Shown piece after piece: positions 1 to 10,208 of a DNA stretch of 64,000 bases (its first letter is position 1; the number at the start of each line of letters is the position of its first letter). The DNA lies in assembly GCA_022843745.1 (NCBI GenBank), contig JALHNB010000002.1, forward strand, positions 224,044-288,043. Direction: 5' to 3'. Source of the DNA: Anaerolineae bacterium. Lineage in GTDB: Bacteria; Chloroflexota; Anaerolineae; Aggregatilineales; Phototrophicaceae. A program made the position numbers and the translations under genes. The notes beneath the pieces were generated by a model, which saw nothing but the letters and a program-made list of their open reading frames with translations, was not told the origin of the DNA and made no database searches.

Positions 1-601
1 GCTTTTCGCGATTTTCGATCTGCACACCCTCGCTTTTATCCTCGACCAGATAGGCATTGACGTTTCCGCTGACACTATCGCGGGCATAAACCAGCATCCA
101 GGGCGCGTTATCCGCCAAAGGGACATAAGCTTTTATGCCATTCAGATGCACTTTATCACCGTCCACAGTGGCAGTCGTTTTTAAGCTGTTGGGGTCGAAG
201 GAAATTCCTGGCTCCAGCAGTGCAGCGGTAGCAGGGGCGAATTTTTCTTCCAAAAATATGGGTAGTAAATTTTCGCGTTGCTCGGCGGTTCCGTACAAAA
301 TCAGCGGGTAGGCAAACAGTGCCGGGGACATCACACTCATGGCGACTGATAAATCGCCGTAAGCCAGTTCTTCCGCCGCCAATACGCCCGTGACCGCGCT
401 CAATGAATCTCCAAAGCCGCCGACATCTTCGGGGATCACTGTCGGGATCAGGCCAAGTTCCCAGCCTTTTTGCACGACATTGGCAGGGAATTTGCTGTCT
501 TCATCATGTTCATGAGCAATCGGGCGCACATCGTTGAGCGCGTAACGCCGGATGGTGTCTATTAAAGTTTGCTGGTCTTCAGTTGGGGTAAACGATACCA
601 C
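1..601 (-). CDS. Acyl-CoA dehydrogenase, N-terminal part; the C-terminus lies beyond the window start. GTG start near 601.
   Basis: Reverse-strand translation reads VVSFTPTEDQQTLIDTIRRYALNDVRPIAHEHDEDSKFPANVVQKGWELGLIPT...AEELAYGDLSVAMSV, a typical ACAD N-terminal domain. A GGAG RBS lies 8 nt upstream of the GTG. It is absent from the ORF track because it is truncated. Confidence 0.7.
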   Translation of the reverse strand, partial: MVSFTPTEDQQTLIDTIRRYALNDVRPIAHEHDEDSKFPANVVQKGWELGLIPTVIPEDVGGFGDSLSAVTGVLAAEELAYGDLSVAMSVMSPALFAYPLILYGTAEQRENLLPIFLEEKFAPATAALLEPGISFDPNSLKTTATVDGDKVHLNGIKAYVPLADNAPWMLVYARDSVSGNVNAYLVEDKSEGVQIENREK

Positions 602-753
602 TCGGAAACTCCTGTAGCTACCTGTATTAGATGAATATGACAAGCATAGCGATGAGCAGCATCATGCCGAAAAACAGCGATATAAAAGTTTCAAAACAAC
701 CTTGATCCTGGGGTTCAAGCTGCATATTTTCCTGATCTCCTTTGTTCTAATTT

Positions 754-1371
754 CTAAAATTTAAGGGCCTGCAAAAATGTATCTGCCATCATAGTTGCGA
801 TCTGCTGACCGTTCAGTCGCCCATCCGGCTTGTACCACACACTCACCCAGTTATGTGCGCCGAGCAGCGTTTTGGCAAAAATCGGCACGTCAACTGCACG
901 GAATATACGCTGCTCAACGCCTTTCTGAATGACCTGACGATACAGATTTTCAAAATAATCCCGACGTGCGAAAAATTTCTTGCGGCGTGTGACTTCGGCG
1001 GCGCTGCCTGAACCGTTGCTTGCCATCAGCGAGCGAATTTCAAAAACCATCGCCGCGCCAACAGCGGTATTCTCCGTCAGGCTGATGATGTGAACGCCAA
1101 TCATTTCGCGTAATTGCTGATCACAGGATTTATCCGAGCGCATAATCGGCTCCAGACGGCTGATGACCAGCTCTAAACCGGCTTCCAGTACCGCCAGCAG
1201 GAGCGCATCCTTGTTTTTGAAATGGTGATAGAGGCTGGCCGCGGTGAGGTTAACTTCGGCAGCGATGTCCTTCATCGTCGTGGCTTCATAGCCGTTGCGC
1301 TGCAAGACATCGGCGGCGGCGATTAGAATATCCTGTTGATTGACCGATTGATCGGCGGGTTTGCGAGCCAA
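754..1371 (-). CDS. TetR/AcrR family transcriptional regulator
   Basis: 205 aa with an N-terminal HTH (TMKDIAAEVNLTAASLYHHFKNKDALL) characteristic of TetR. It is divergent from the downstream membrane protein gene. Confidence 0.85.
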   Translation of the reverse strand: MARKPADQSVNQQDILIAAADVLQRNGYEATTMKDIAAEVNLTAASLYHHFKNKDALLLAVLEAGLELVISRLEPIMRSDKSCDQQLREMIGVHIISLTENTAVGAAMVFEIRSLMASNGSGSAAEVTRRKKFFARRDYFENLYRQVIQKGVEQRIFRAVDVPIFAKTLLGAHNWVSVWYKPDGRLNGQQIATMMADTFLQALKF

Positions 1372-1517
1372 AAAAGACTTTTCCTCTCAAAAATATCACC
1401 AAAATTAATCTAATCTTGATTCAATTATAGAGGAACGTAGAAATATGGTCAAGTTAGCGCCGATTCATAATCAAGCTCGGAAGTGATGCGTTTTCCGGGA
1501 ACGTCTCCTATAATAGA

Positions 1518-2879
1518 GTGCGCATCGGATGGAGAAAAATCGTGCAAAAACGTTCGCTGTATGCTGCATTCCTGGCGGCTGTCGTGGGCATCACCGGGGT
1601 GATTGTGGCGCTCGTTCGCCGTCGTCCTGCGCCGATTTCGGATATTGCAGTTCAGACTTCTATCACGCCTGCCGCAGATGTCAGAGCAGCCCAGACACCT
1701 GTGATGTCCCCCACAGTCGTTCGGGCAACGACTATTCCAGTGGAACAAACTGTCGTCAGAGAATCGGCGCAGCCCTCGATTGCGATTCTACTGACTTCAG
1801 GATTAGGTGTCGGAAGCCTCATCACCGCGCAAACACTTCTACTCAATTCGCGTAATCCTATTTTGCCACTGCTGTTATTTGCCGCAGGCATTCTTTTGCT
1901 GCAACCTATGTTGTCTCAAGTGCCTCAGGTGTCTCAAGCCCAATATCTGAATCGGACGATTTTGGGAGGGCAGACACGCATCGCTCCGATCATTCTGGGG
2001 CTGGCGGTCATCGCGCTGCTATTGAACATCATCGCGCCTCCGCCATTCGGAGAGCAATTTCAGATATTAAACGTGCTGATTGCCGTTCTGGTTGTTCCAG
2101 CGGTTTACGTCATGGGGGATGCTTACGCGGGTTCACAAGTCGGGTTGATCGCTGCCGGATTCGCCGCCGTGTCTGGTTGGACTCTCGCACTGGGCAAGGC
2201 CGAGCCAGAATATATTTCGCTGGCGATCATCGGCGCTGTGACATTGGTTGCTCTGGAATATGTCCGCCGCAGGCAGGGCAATATTATTTATGTGATCTGG
2301 TTGGGGTTTTTTCTGGGCGCGATCATTATTTTGACACGCTTAATGGCTACCTCAGCGCTGGTTGACCCCTCCGTGTCGGAGCAGATTCCCACCAATCCAC
2401 AGTTATCGCCCGTCGAGGGTTTATTTACATCGCTGCTGATGTTCAACCTAACCAGCGATCCGAATCCGCTGCATGGCATTGTGGATCGTCCGGTTTTCTC
2501 GCCTGTTTTATCAGCGCTGTTCATCGTCGGCTTGCTGACACTGGCATGGCGAATTGATTCTCACCGTCGCTGGGTTGATGTTTTTTTGCTGCTGGCGCTC
2601 GTGATTACGCTGTTACCGACATCGTTCCAAATGGATTTGCCCGTGCGCTATCCCGATCTTCAGCGTGGCGCGATGGCCTTGCCAATCGCGCTGGTGATTG
2701 CAGCGATTGGCGCGTCATCTCTGGCGCAGGCTTTAACAGTGCGCTTAGGTCGAAATGGGGTCGTGATTGCGATTGTGTTATTCGCAGCGGCTCTGTTGGT
2801 CATCGTGCTGGATGCAAACCAGCATTATAACCATGTCTTTTTGCCAATCTATGAACGATCCGTTATTTCGCCAGGGTAA
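1518..2879 (+). CDS. Polytopic membrane protein of unknown function
   Basis: 453 aa with many hydrophobic helices and no recognisable catalytic motif. It is divergently arranged from the TetR gene, so possibly a TetR-controlled transporter-like protein. Confidence 0.55.
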   Translation: MRIGWRKIVQKRSLYAAFLAAVVGITGVIVALVRRRPAPISDIAVQTSITPAADVRAAQTPVMSPTVVRATTIPVEQTVVRESAQPSIAILLTSGLGVGSLITAQTLLLNSRNPILPLLLFAAGILLLQPMLSQVPQVSQAQYLNRTILGGQTRIAPIILGLAVIALLLNIIAPPPFGEQFQILNVLIAVLVVPAVYVMGDAYAGSQVGLIAAGFAAVSGWTLALGKAEPEYISLAIIGAVTLVALEYVRRRQGNIIYVIWLGFFLGAIIILTRLMATSALVDPSVSEQIPTNPQLSPVEGLFTSLLMFNLTSDPNPLHGIVDRPVFSPVLSALFIVGLLTLAWRIDSHRRWVDVFLLLALVITLLPTSFQMDLPVRYPDLQRGAMALPIALVIAAIGASSLAQALTVRLGRNGVVIAIVLFAAALLVIVLDANQHYNHVFLPIYERSVISPG

Positions 2880-3075
2880 AACGCCTCAATCTGATATTTC
2901 GCCAGCATGAAACGCTTTAGGCAGTCGTAATGGGTATAATGCAAAAATAAATCAGCTCTTGATCGCTCATCACCTTCGATTTAACGCTCCATTAAATCCG
3001 ATGCGTTGGGGTTCACAATTTGTCTTCGGGACGGTAGAATCAATTAAGTTGTGTAGCTGGGGGTTTCATCACGCG

Positions 3076-3927
3076 ATGAAAGATACGCGCTGGACAAGTT
3101 TTGATCTGATTTTCTTCGATTGCGACAGCACCTTATCGACCATTGAAGGCATCGACGAACTCGCTCGCCTCAAGGGTAAAGAGTGGCGTGTCGGCGTTCT
3201 GACTGAAAAAGCCATGAATGGCGATCTCGATCTGGCTGAAGTTTACGGTAAGCGGTTGCAAGCGATACGCCCGACACGCGGTCAATTAAAGGCCATCGAA
3301 GAACGCTATTGGGAGACGCTTGTTCCCGATGCGCAAGCCGTGATTGATGCGCTGCGTTTTCTTGGCAAGCAGATTTTTATCATCAGCGGTGGATTGGCAG
3401 AGCCTGTCCGTGGTTTCGGTAAACGTTTGGGCGTTTCACCGGAGCAAATCCGCGCTGTCGAACTCGAATATAACGAGCTTTCCGGCGATTGGTGGCGCTA
3501 TTATGAGCCACAGACCCAGCACGACCAGACTTATCTCGATTACAATGAAGGCCCACTGACCGTTTCCAGCGGCAAGCCACGCATCATCAACGAACTCGCG
3601 GGTGACAAACGCGGGCGGCGTTTGATGGTCGGCGATGGCGCGTCTGATCTGGCGACTCGCAGCGTGGTCGATTTATTTGTCGGCTTTGGCGGCGTGGTCG
3701 CGCGTGAAAAAGTTCGTGACCAATCCGAAGTCTTTGTGCAGAGCAAATCGCTTGCGCCGATTCTCCCCTTAGCCGCCGGGCCAAGCGGATACGCCCGCGT
3801 GATCGGCACACCGCATCAGGCGGTATTTGGCCTGGGCATTACGTTGGCATTAAATGGCGGGATGATTGTGAAATCCGACGATCTGCGCCAGACATTTGAA
3901 AAGGCATTTATACCTGATGTCCCCTAG
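3076..3927 (+). CDS. HAD-superfamily hydrolase, phosphoserine phosphatase-like (subfamily IB)
   Basis: DxDxT motif FFDCDSTL, followed by GDGASD near the C-terminus. Start chosen at the internal Met (MKDTRW); the upstream part of the track ORF looks like a spurious extension. Confidence 0.7.
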   Translation: MKDTRWTSFDLIFFDCDSTLSTIEGIDELARLKGKEWRVGVLTEKAMNGDLDLAEVYGKRLQAIRPTRGQLKAIEERYWETLVPDAQAVIDALRFLGKQIFIISGGLAEPVRGFGKRLGVSPEQIRAVELEYNELSGDWWRYYEPQTQHDQTYLDYNEGPLTVSSGKPRIINELAGDKRGRRLMVGDGASDLATRSVVDLFVGFGGVVAREKVRDQSEVFVQSKSLAPILPLAAGPSGYARVIGTPHQAVFGLGITLALNGGMIVKSDDLRQTFEKAFIPDVP

Positions 3928-3937
3928 TTTAGACCGG

Positions 3938-4591
3938 ATGACCCCTAGCGCTGTAATTTTTGATATGGATGGCCTGCTCGTCGATTCCGAGTCGATCTGG
4001 CTGATCGCCGAAAAAGAGATGATCGAGTCACGCGGACACGTCTATACGGAGGAAGCCCGTGCGCAGATTGTCGGCCTGAGAATGGACGAATTTATCGTCA
4101 AGCTGCACGCGATTTATCAATTTGAAGATGATCTGACGGCTTTGCATGACCAACTGCTGGCACGAATGCTCGAACTGATCCCCGAAATGGTGAAGCCGCA
4201 GCCCGGTGCGCGTGAACTCATCGACTACATCGTAGAGCACAATATTCCAACGGCGATTGCATCCAGTTCCGCCATGTCAATAATCGAGGCGACGGTCAAG
4301 GCGCAGGGTTGGGATGAAATTTTCGCCGTGCGATGCAGCGCGGAGCATGAAGCACAAGGTAAACCCGCGCCGGATGTTTATCTCGCGGCGGCGCGGCGTT
4401 TAAATATCGCTCCGGCGGAGTGTCTGGCGCTGGAGGATAGCCCCAACGGTGCGCGGGCGGCAGTGGCGGCGGGGATGACCTGCTACGCGGTGCCAGATGC
4501 GTCTCATACGAGTATCAGTTCTTTCGACGGCATCACGCCGCACATCTACAAATCTTTGCACGAGGTTCTCGCTAACCTTCGAACGAGTTAA
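3938..4591 (+). CDS. HAD-IA family hydrolase (beta-phosphoglucomutase/phosphatase-like)
   Basis: VIFDMDGLLVDSE motif and LEDSPNGARAAVAAGM motif typical of HAD-IA. Start placed at MTPSAVIFDMDG. Confidence 0.75.
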   Translation: MTPSAVIFDMDGLLVDSESIWLIAEKEMIESRGHVYTEEARAQIVGLRMDEFIVKLHAIYQFEDDLTALHDQLLARMLELIPEMVKPQPGARELIDYIVEHNIPTAIASSSAMSIIEATVKAQGWDEIFAVRCSAEHEAQGKPAPDVYLAAARRLNIAPAECLALEDSPNGARAAVAAGMTCYAVPDASHTSISSFDGITPHIYKSLHEVLANLRTS

Positions 4592-4593
4592 AA

Positions 4594-4666
4594 GTGTTAA
4601 CATGACAGACAGTGCACATCCTGGCTAAGGTGTTATCATGACAGACGGTACACATTCTGGCTTAGG
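4594..4666 (+). repeat. Imperfect tandem duplication (about 36 nt, 2 copies) of the MNT gene 5' end and leader
   Basis: gtgttaacatgacagacagtgcacatcctggctaagg is followed by tgttatcatgacagacggtacacattctggcttagg. The first copy encodes an 8-codon decoy ORF (MTDSAHPG*); the second is the real MNT start. Confidence 0.6.
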
Positions 4667-4955
4667 CATCGCCGATTTGCTAAAAGACAAGCGTGAGGAA
4701 ATTCTGCGCCTGGCCGAGGAGCATGGTGCGTATAATGTGCGCCTGTTTGGGTCGGTGGCGCGTGGCGAAGCGGGGCCGGAAAGCGACGTAGATTTTTTGG
4801 TAGAGTGGGATTATGCACGGATGTCGTCATGGGGAGGCATTGGTCTAAATCTGGCGCTAGAAGAGTTGCTAGGGTGCAAAGTAGATGTCATTTCCGAAAA
4901 AAATCTGCATCCGCGCATCAAAAAACGGGTGCTTCAAGAGGCTGCGCCACTGTGA
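4638..4955 (+). CDS. mnt: Nucleotidyltransferase-domain antitoxin (MNT family)
   Basis: GSVARGEAGPESDVDFLVE minimal nucleotidyltransferase motif. Its stop overlaps the GTG start of the downstream HepT-like gene. Confidence 0.8.
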   Translation: MTDGTHSGLGIADLLKDKREEILRLAEEHGAYNVRLFGSVARGEAGPESDVDFLVEWDYARMSSWGGIGLNLALEELLGCKVDVISEKNLHPRIKKRVLQEAAPL

Positions 4956-5314
4956 AAGATAACCGCCTTTATCTGGATCACATTCTCGAACGCATCAAGC
5001 TCATTGAAGAATTTACTCAGGATGGGCGTGGGGCGATGATGTCATCCACGATGGCTCAGGAGGCTGTCCTACGTTGTTTTGAAGTGATGGGTGAGGCTGC
5101 ACGCAAAGTCCCTGAACCTTTAAAGCAGAAGCATTCAGAAGTTTCCTGGTCGCAAATTATCGCTTTTCGCAACGTTCTTATTCATAATTACCAAAATGTC
5201 GATTTGAATCGAGTTTGGGAAATTATTGAGAAACAACTACCTATATTGAAGCCACAAATCGAATCAATTCTCAAAGAACTAGATGAGATTTATGGGGCAG
5301 ATAATGATAAATGA
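4952..5314 (+). CDS. hepT: HepT-like (DUF86) toxin, nucleotidyltransferase substrate-binding protein
   Basis: VKDNRLYLDHILERI...RNVLIHNYQNVD is the characteristic Rx4HxY-type motif of HepT/DUF86. GTG start overlaps the mnt stop (GTGA). Confidence 0.8.
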   Translation: MKDNRLYLDHILERIKLIEEFTQDGRGAMMSSTMAQEAVLRCFEVMGEAARKVPEPLKQKHSEVSWSQIIAFRNVLIHNYQNVDLNRVWEIIEKQLPILKPQIESILKELDEIYGADNDK

Positions 5315-5323
5315 GTTACTAAC

Positions 5324-6919
5324 TTGACCCACTTTCAAATTCTGGTCGCTACCGACCTGACTGAAGACAGCTTAAAAATTCTCCAGAACACATCAGACAT
5401 CGACGTAAAAATCGTGACACCTGCCGTTGCCGCTGTGCGCGATGGGCTGAAATCCGCGCACGCCTTGATCGCCCGCGATGATATTCAGGTTGACAGCGCC
5501 TTGCTCGACAAAGCGCCAAATCTGAAAGTGATCGGGCGGGTCGGCACAGGCTTGGGCGGCATCGACATTGAAGCGGCCACGAGTCGCGGCATTATCGTCA
5601 TGAACACGCCGGGAACCAGCGCTATCGCCGCCGGGGAACACGCCATCACCCTTATGTTGGCTCTCAGCCGCAAGCTTGTGGTCGTGCATAACAGCCTCAA
5701 AGAGGGCTGGTGGCTGCTGGATCGTAAACGGCAGGCCGGGACGCAGCTTTATGGTAAAACAATTGGCATCATTGGCTTTGGGCGTGTTGGGCGCATTATG
5801 GCGCATCGCTGTTCGGCCTTCAATATGACCGTTTTGGCCTGTGATCCTTATGTCAGCGAGGATCAGGCCAGCGACGAACGGGTGACTCTGGTTGGACTGC
5901 GCGAACTGCTTCAACGCAGCGATTTTGTGAGTATTCACGTCCCAGTGACTGCGGAAACGCGCGGCATGTTTACTGCCGCGACGCTTCAGCAAATGAAGCC
6001 CGGTGCGCGGTTGATTAACACCTCGCACGGCACGATATGGGATGAACAGGCCGTTGCCCAAGCCTTGAAAGATGGGCATCTCGGCGGCGTTGGTGTAGAT
6101 GTTTACCGGGAAGAACCGCCTTATAACAGCCCGCTTATTGGTCTGGAAAATGTCATCCATACACCGCATGTTGGTGACAACACGATTGAGACGATGCAAG
6201 ACCTCTCGACTCAGATCGTGCATCAGGTTTTAGATGCGCTGCGCGGTATTGATTATCGCAATGCCATCAACCTGCCGTTTATGCCCGGCGTTGAATTTGA
6301 AGGCACACGGCCATATCTGCGATTAGCCGAGTGTATCGGCACAATGCTGCACACGCTGGCGCGGAATCCGGTGCGCCGAATCGCCGTTGAATACCGGGGC
6401 GAAGAAGTCGAAGGCCTGGTGAAGCCGCTGACGGTTGGGCTGCTCAAAGGTTTACTCACGCCAATTCTGGGTGAAAAAGTCAATTACATCAACGCGCCGC
6501 TGCTGGCGAGTGAACGCGGCATCCAGATCGCCCAGGCCAAAGGGCTGAAAACGGGTGATTATGCCAATATTGTCTCCTGCCAGGTGACGCTGGAAGACGG
6601 CGAAGAGATCATCATGGCTGGGACGCTGCTCGACCATAAAGAGCCGCATATCGTCCAGGTCAACGAGTACCGTATGAATTTCGTGCCGGAAGGTCATTTA
6701 CTCCTGATGGGCAGCTTCGATCAACCCGGTGTTATCGGGCGCGTGGGGACGATGATGGCGACCAATAACGTCAATATCGCCAGTTGGCATACTGGGCGCG
6801 TCCAACCGGGCGGTCACACCCTGACCGTCATTACGCTCGATCACCCGATACCGGATGCGATTTTTGAAGAATTGTGCCGCCAAGAATTTGTACGTCATGC
6901 TCATCAGGTCAAAGTTTAA
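5324..6919 (+). CDS. serA: D-3-phosphoglycerate dehydrogenase, with a C-terminal ACT domain
   Basis: 531 aa, TTG start. NAD-binding GxGxxG (GIIGFGRVGR), a 2-hydroxyacid dehydrogenase catalytic domain, and a C-terminal ASB/ACT region. Confidence 0.9.
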   Translation: MTHFQILVATDLTEDSLKILQNTSDIDVKIVTPAVAAVRDGLKSAHALIARDDIQVDSALLDKAPNLKVIGRVGTGLGGIDIEAATSRGIIVMNTPGTSAIAAGEHAITLMLALSRKLVVVHNSLKEGWWLLDRKRQAGTQLYGKTIGIIGFGRVGRIMAHRCSAFNMTVLACDPYVSEDQASDERVTLVGLRELLQRSDFVSIHVPVTAETRGMFTAATLQQMKPGARLINTSHGTIWDEQAVAQALKDGHLGGVGVDVYREEPPYNSPLIGLENVIHTPHVGDNTIETMQDLSTQIVHQVLDALRGIDYRNAINLPFMPGVEFEGTRPYLRLAECIGTMLHTLARNPVRRIAVEYRGEEVEGLVKPLTVGLLKGLLTPILGEKVNYINAPLLASERGIQIAQAKGLKTGDYANIVSCQVTLEDGEEIIMAGTLLDHKEPHIVQVNEYRMNFVPEGHLLLMGSFDQPGVIGRVGTMMATNNVNIASWHTGRVQPGGHTLTVITLDHPIPDAIFEELCRQEFVRHAHQVKV

Positions 6920-8276
6920 TCGAGCCGTTGACGGCGTATGGCTTCTGGCGCTGGCTATCTACGTGCTGGCGGGCATGACCATCACGCCATTTCACGGCGA
7001 CGAGCCGATGCAGATTTACATGAGTCGTGATTACGCGACGGCTTTCATCTACAAAGACCCGCAAAGTCTCATGACCAGCCCACCCTATGACATCGACACC
7101 GATCCACAGCTTCGCATCCTCAATGGCTCGGTAAACCGCTATACTATCGGACTCGCGTGGCATCTGGCGGGCATGAATGACGGCCTTCTCCCACCCAGGC
7201 CGGGTTGGGATTGGGGTCTGGATTATCAGAGGAATGTCGATACCGGACATCGCCCCTCTGACGCACTCATGAACGCCGGACGTATTTCGTCAGCGCTGTT
7301 TTTAGTCCTCAGCATCCCTGTGATGTTTGCTATTGCGTGGCAGTTCGGCGGTAGGCCAGCGGCGTATTTCGCCAGCGCGGTCTATACGCTGAATCCGATC
7401 ATTTTGCTGAATGGTCGGCGGGCGATGATGGAAGGTTCGATGCTCTTTTTCGGCCTGTTGGCGATTTTGCTGGCGATCATCATCAGTCGGAGACGTGAGC
7501 AGGGTGCAGGTCGTTTGTGGGGCTGGTGGATCGCGCTGATCTTAGCCGGTGCGCTCGCGCTTGCCAGCAAACACACAGGGCTGGTATTTACCGTTTCTGC
7601 GCTCGGCTGGATTTTCGTCTCTGAATTGTTGCGGGGACAGTGGCGTGATTTTTGGGTGACGAGCCTGAAATTAGCGATCAGCACAGTGTTGATCGCCGGA
7701 TTATTTATCGGCCTCTCGCCTGCGCTCTGGAATGACCCGCCAACGCGGCTACAGGATTTGATCGCCACGCGCCAGATTTTGCTCGATATTCAAGTGAACG
7801 CCGAGCCGCTTGCTCCAACGACGACCATGCAGCGCACCGAAGCGCTGGTCACGCAGCCATTTATCGCGCCTGCTGCTTACTATGAGGTCGCAGGCTGGAA
7901 AGATTTCGCGCCGATTACAGCCGAAATCGAGCGTTATGAGAGTTCGGTATTCAGCGGTTTGCAGTTTGGCACGATTCTCGGCGTACCCTTGACTTTGCTC
8001 TATCTCGTCGGGCTGATCGTGATTTTTGTGCCCCGACTGCGCGGCTTTTCGTGGGGACAGGCCGCCGGGTTGGTGATCTGGTTGCTGGCGACTATAGCCG
8101 TCATGATGGCGAATCCGCTTCCCTGGCAGCGTTACTATATCCCCCTGATTCCGGTTGCGACGCTATTTTCAACGATTTCTCTATCTGCTCTGCTGCGATT
8201 GTTTGGCCTTCAGAACAAAATCCCTCTTGTCTCACCCGCCGTTCACCCGCAAACTGAAGAAAGACGCTCAGTTTAA
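6897..8276 (+). CDS. GT39/PMT_2-like membrane glycosyltransferase (dolichyl/polyprenyl-phosphate-sugar dependent), short paralog
   Basis: Polytopic membrane protein with TPFHGDEPMQIYMSRDYA and LRILNGSVNRYTIGLAWHL motifs shared with the paralog at 39881-41221. Start aligned to the paralog (MLIRSKF). It overlaps the serA 3' end by about 23 nt. Confidence 0.65.
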   Translation: MLIRSKFNRAVDGVWLLALAIYVLAGMTITPFHGDEPMQIYMSRDYATAFIYKDPQSLMTSPPYDIDTDPQLRILNGSVNRYTIGLAWHLAGMNDGLLPPRPGWDWGLDYQRNVDTGHRPSDALMNAGRISSALFLVLSIPVMFAIAWQFGGRPAAYFASAVYTLNPIILLNGRRAMMEGSMLFFGLLAILLAIIISRRREQGAGRLWGWWIALILAGALALASKHTGLVFTVSALGWIFVSELLRGQWRDFWVTSLKLAISTVLIAGLFIGLSPALWNDPPTRLQDLIATRQILLDIQVNAEPLAPTTTMQRTEALVTQPFIAPAAYYEVAGWKDFAPITAEIERYESSVFSGLQFGTILGVPLTLLYLVGLIVIFVPRLRGFSWGQAAGLVIWLLATIAVMMANPLPWQRYYIPLIPVATLFSTISLSALLRLFGLQNKIPLVSPAVHPQTEERRSV

Positions 8277-8455
8277 AGTGTCGAGTTAAAAGTTTAAAAG
8301 TGTGGAAACGCCACATCAAGAAATAATAGGGTGTTAAATTTAAGAGGGCAGGACACATCATGCCCCTACGAATGCGGCGCACCATACCTGATTCCTAAAG
8401 CGTGTTGCTCGCTTTAAACCTTAACTCCGCACTCAGCACATTCAAAGGGTGACAT

Positions 8456-9004
8456 ATGCGACTGAACTTAAGTATTTTAATTTTGGCTATTTTACTGCTA
8501 TCGGCTTGTGGCAGCACGCCCGATAATACTGCCGTTACTGGCGCACCTCAGCCACCGACAGCGGAAGGAACGAGTGAGGTTCAGCCTACGTCCGTGATTC
8601 CGATTGACGTGACGCTGCCACCAGTGGGAACCATGATTGCTGCTCCTGTCACTGAAGACCCCGAAATTGGGTTAATGTTCGATGTCGTGTATCTGGAGCA
8701 AACGGGTGGCTTTACAGGCATCCCGCTTACCGTTGAAGTTCGTAGTGATGGTCGCATCGTGCGGGATGGTGTCGAAGGCACTGTGACTCCAGAACAAGTT
8801 ACCGAAATCGACAACATCATTAAAGAGATTCAGTTTTTCAGTATTCAGGGGCAGTTCGAGCCAGCAGGTACAAATCCCGATGCGTATTCCTACAAGATCA
8901 GTGTAGATCGCGGCGGTTCCAGCCGTACCATTAACGCGCAGGATGGATTCACGCCCGATCCGCTGCTCAGGCTGATTAACGCAGTCAGCTTGCTAGGGGT
9001 ATAG
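8456..9004 (+). CDS. Lipoprotein, function unknown
   Basis: Signal peptide with lipobox LLSACGS; 182 aa. Confidence 0.6.
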   Translation: MRLNLSILILAILLLSACGSTPDNTAVTGAPQPPTAEGTSEVQPTSVIPIDVTLPPVGTMIAAPVTEDPEIGLMFDVVYLEQTGGFTGIPLTVEVRSDGRIVRDGVEGTVTPEQVTEIDNIIKEIQFFSIQGQFEPAGTNPDAYSYKISVDRGGSSRTINAQDGFTPDPLLRLINAVSLLGV

Positions 9005-9038
9005 TGTCAGTGTAGTCGCTGTACATGGTTAATGTGCT

Positions 9039-10208
9039 TCAGGGAAGTCCCTGTACATTGACGATATATTGCGCGGGTTCGCCGCCGATCTCTGGTACGA
9101 TGATCTGAAAATCCGCGCTTTCATCTGGCGCTAACTGCGTGGCACTCAAATCGCTGAAACCAGCAGCGATGATGTGCTGCGCATTATCGAATACCGTGAC
9201 AACGGCGCGAGGACTGCGAATCGTATTCTGGCTGATATTGATGACGCTGCCACTGATGATAAGCCGTCCATTGGTATCAAACGTTGAGTCGTCCGTCCAC
9301 TGCATTTCGTTAGCACCGTAGATGACGATTTCAGAATTGGTCTGCCATTCTGCGCTTCCAAGATCGACTTCAAATCGGGTGGTCAAGGCGGGTTGTCCTT
9401 GACCGAAACGCAGGCTGAATGGCGCAAATTCACCGGGCGGCAGGCCATGACCCATCGGCGTATCAATAGCCTCCCCTGTGGGTAAGCCATCTTCGGTTAA
9501 AAGCACCGCGCGTACCGGAATCCCGGTTACAACTTCGCTGCCGTTATTTGCGACTTCTCCGGTGATAAAAAAGACTCCAGTGGGTGTTGTCCAGGCAAAT
9601 AAGTGGATAATGTCCAGGCTGGCGTTGGCGACGGATACGAGCGATGATAACTCCGCTGCTTGCAGTCCCGTCTCTTCGTGAAGCTGAAATGTGTTGATAA
9701 TCCCCTGTAAATCAGCGATCTGGGATGTATCGCCAGGTAGAATCACGTCGATCACGCCGAGCAAATTATCGGACTGCTCGATAAACGTGTTGACCTGTTC
9801 GGTTTCGCCACCCGCTGTTTCTCGGAGTCCGGTCATACGCCAGCTTCCATCGCCCATCGCCTGTCGACTTTGCTCGGTATATTTTCCGACATCAGATCGG
9901 ATTTGCGCTTGATAGAGGTTTAATAAATCGCTGAACCCTGACGAATCGAGTGTTTCGCCCAATTTGATGACCGCAATCGTGATTTCTGGCTGGATAGAAT
10001 CTGGCGCGGCGAAGGTGGCTGTCGCTAATGTGGTCGTGTTCTGTGTGTAAACTGACCAGTTGCGGGGGATAGAAAGCGAAAAAGCGCCGCTGGGATGATC
10101 GTAACGCGCCGCTGAAAAATCAGGCGGAAGGGGAGTCGGCGCGAAAACCACCGCACCGCTGCTGCAACCCGCCAGAACAATGACCAGAGTCACGAGAAAA
10201 AAACGCAT
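9039..10208 (-). CDS. Lipoprotein, function unknown
   Basis: MRFFLVTLVIVLAGCSSG lipobox. 389 aa secreted protein. Confidence 0.6.
   Translation of the reverse strand: MRFFLVTLVIVLAGCSSGAVVFAPTPLPPDFSAARYDHPSGAFSLSIPRNWSVYTQNTTTLATATFAAPDSIQPEITIAVIKLGETLDSSGFSDLLNLYQAQIRSDVGKYTEQSRQAMGDGSWRMTGLRETAGGETEQVNTFIEQSDNLLGVIDVILPGDTSQIADLQGIINTFQLHEETGLQAAELSSLVSVANASLDIIHLFAWTTPTGVFFITGEVANNGSEVVTGIPVRAVLLTEDGLPTGEAIDTPMGHGLPPGEFAPFSLRFGQGQPALTTRFEVDLGSAEWQTNSEIVIYGANEMQWTDDSTFDTNGRLIISGSVINISQNTIRSPRAVVTVFDNAQHIIAAGFSDLSATQLAPDESADFQIIVPEIGGEPAQYIVNVQGLP

Noticed and set aside
630-727. 32-codon hydrophobic mini-ORF (MQLEPQDQGCFETFISLFFGMMLLIAMLVIFI) between the TetR and ACAD genes
   Set aside because: It is short, lacks an obvious RBS, and cannot be supported beyond chance. 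It might be a leader peptide but there is no evidence.
8277-8455. Searched intergenic regions for tRNA, tmRNA, RNase P or SRP RNAs
   Set aside because: No intergenic gap exceeds about 220 nt and none contains tRNA-like T-arm or acceptor features (GGTTCGA-type). Only short hairpins are present (for example GGGCAGG...ATGCCC at about 8345-8372).
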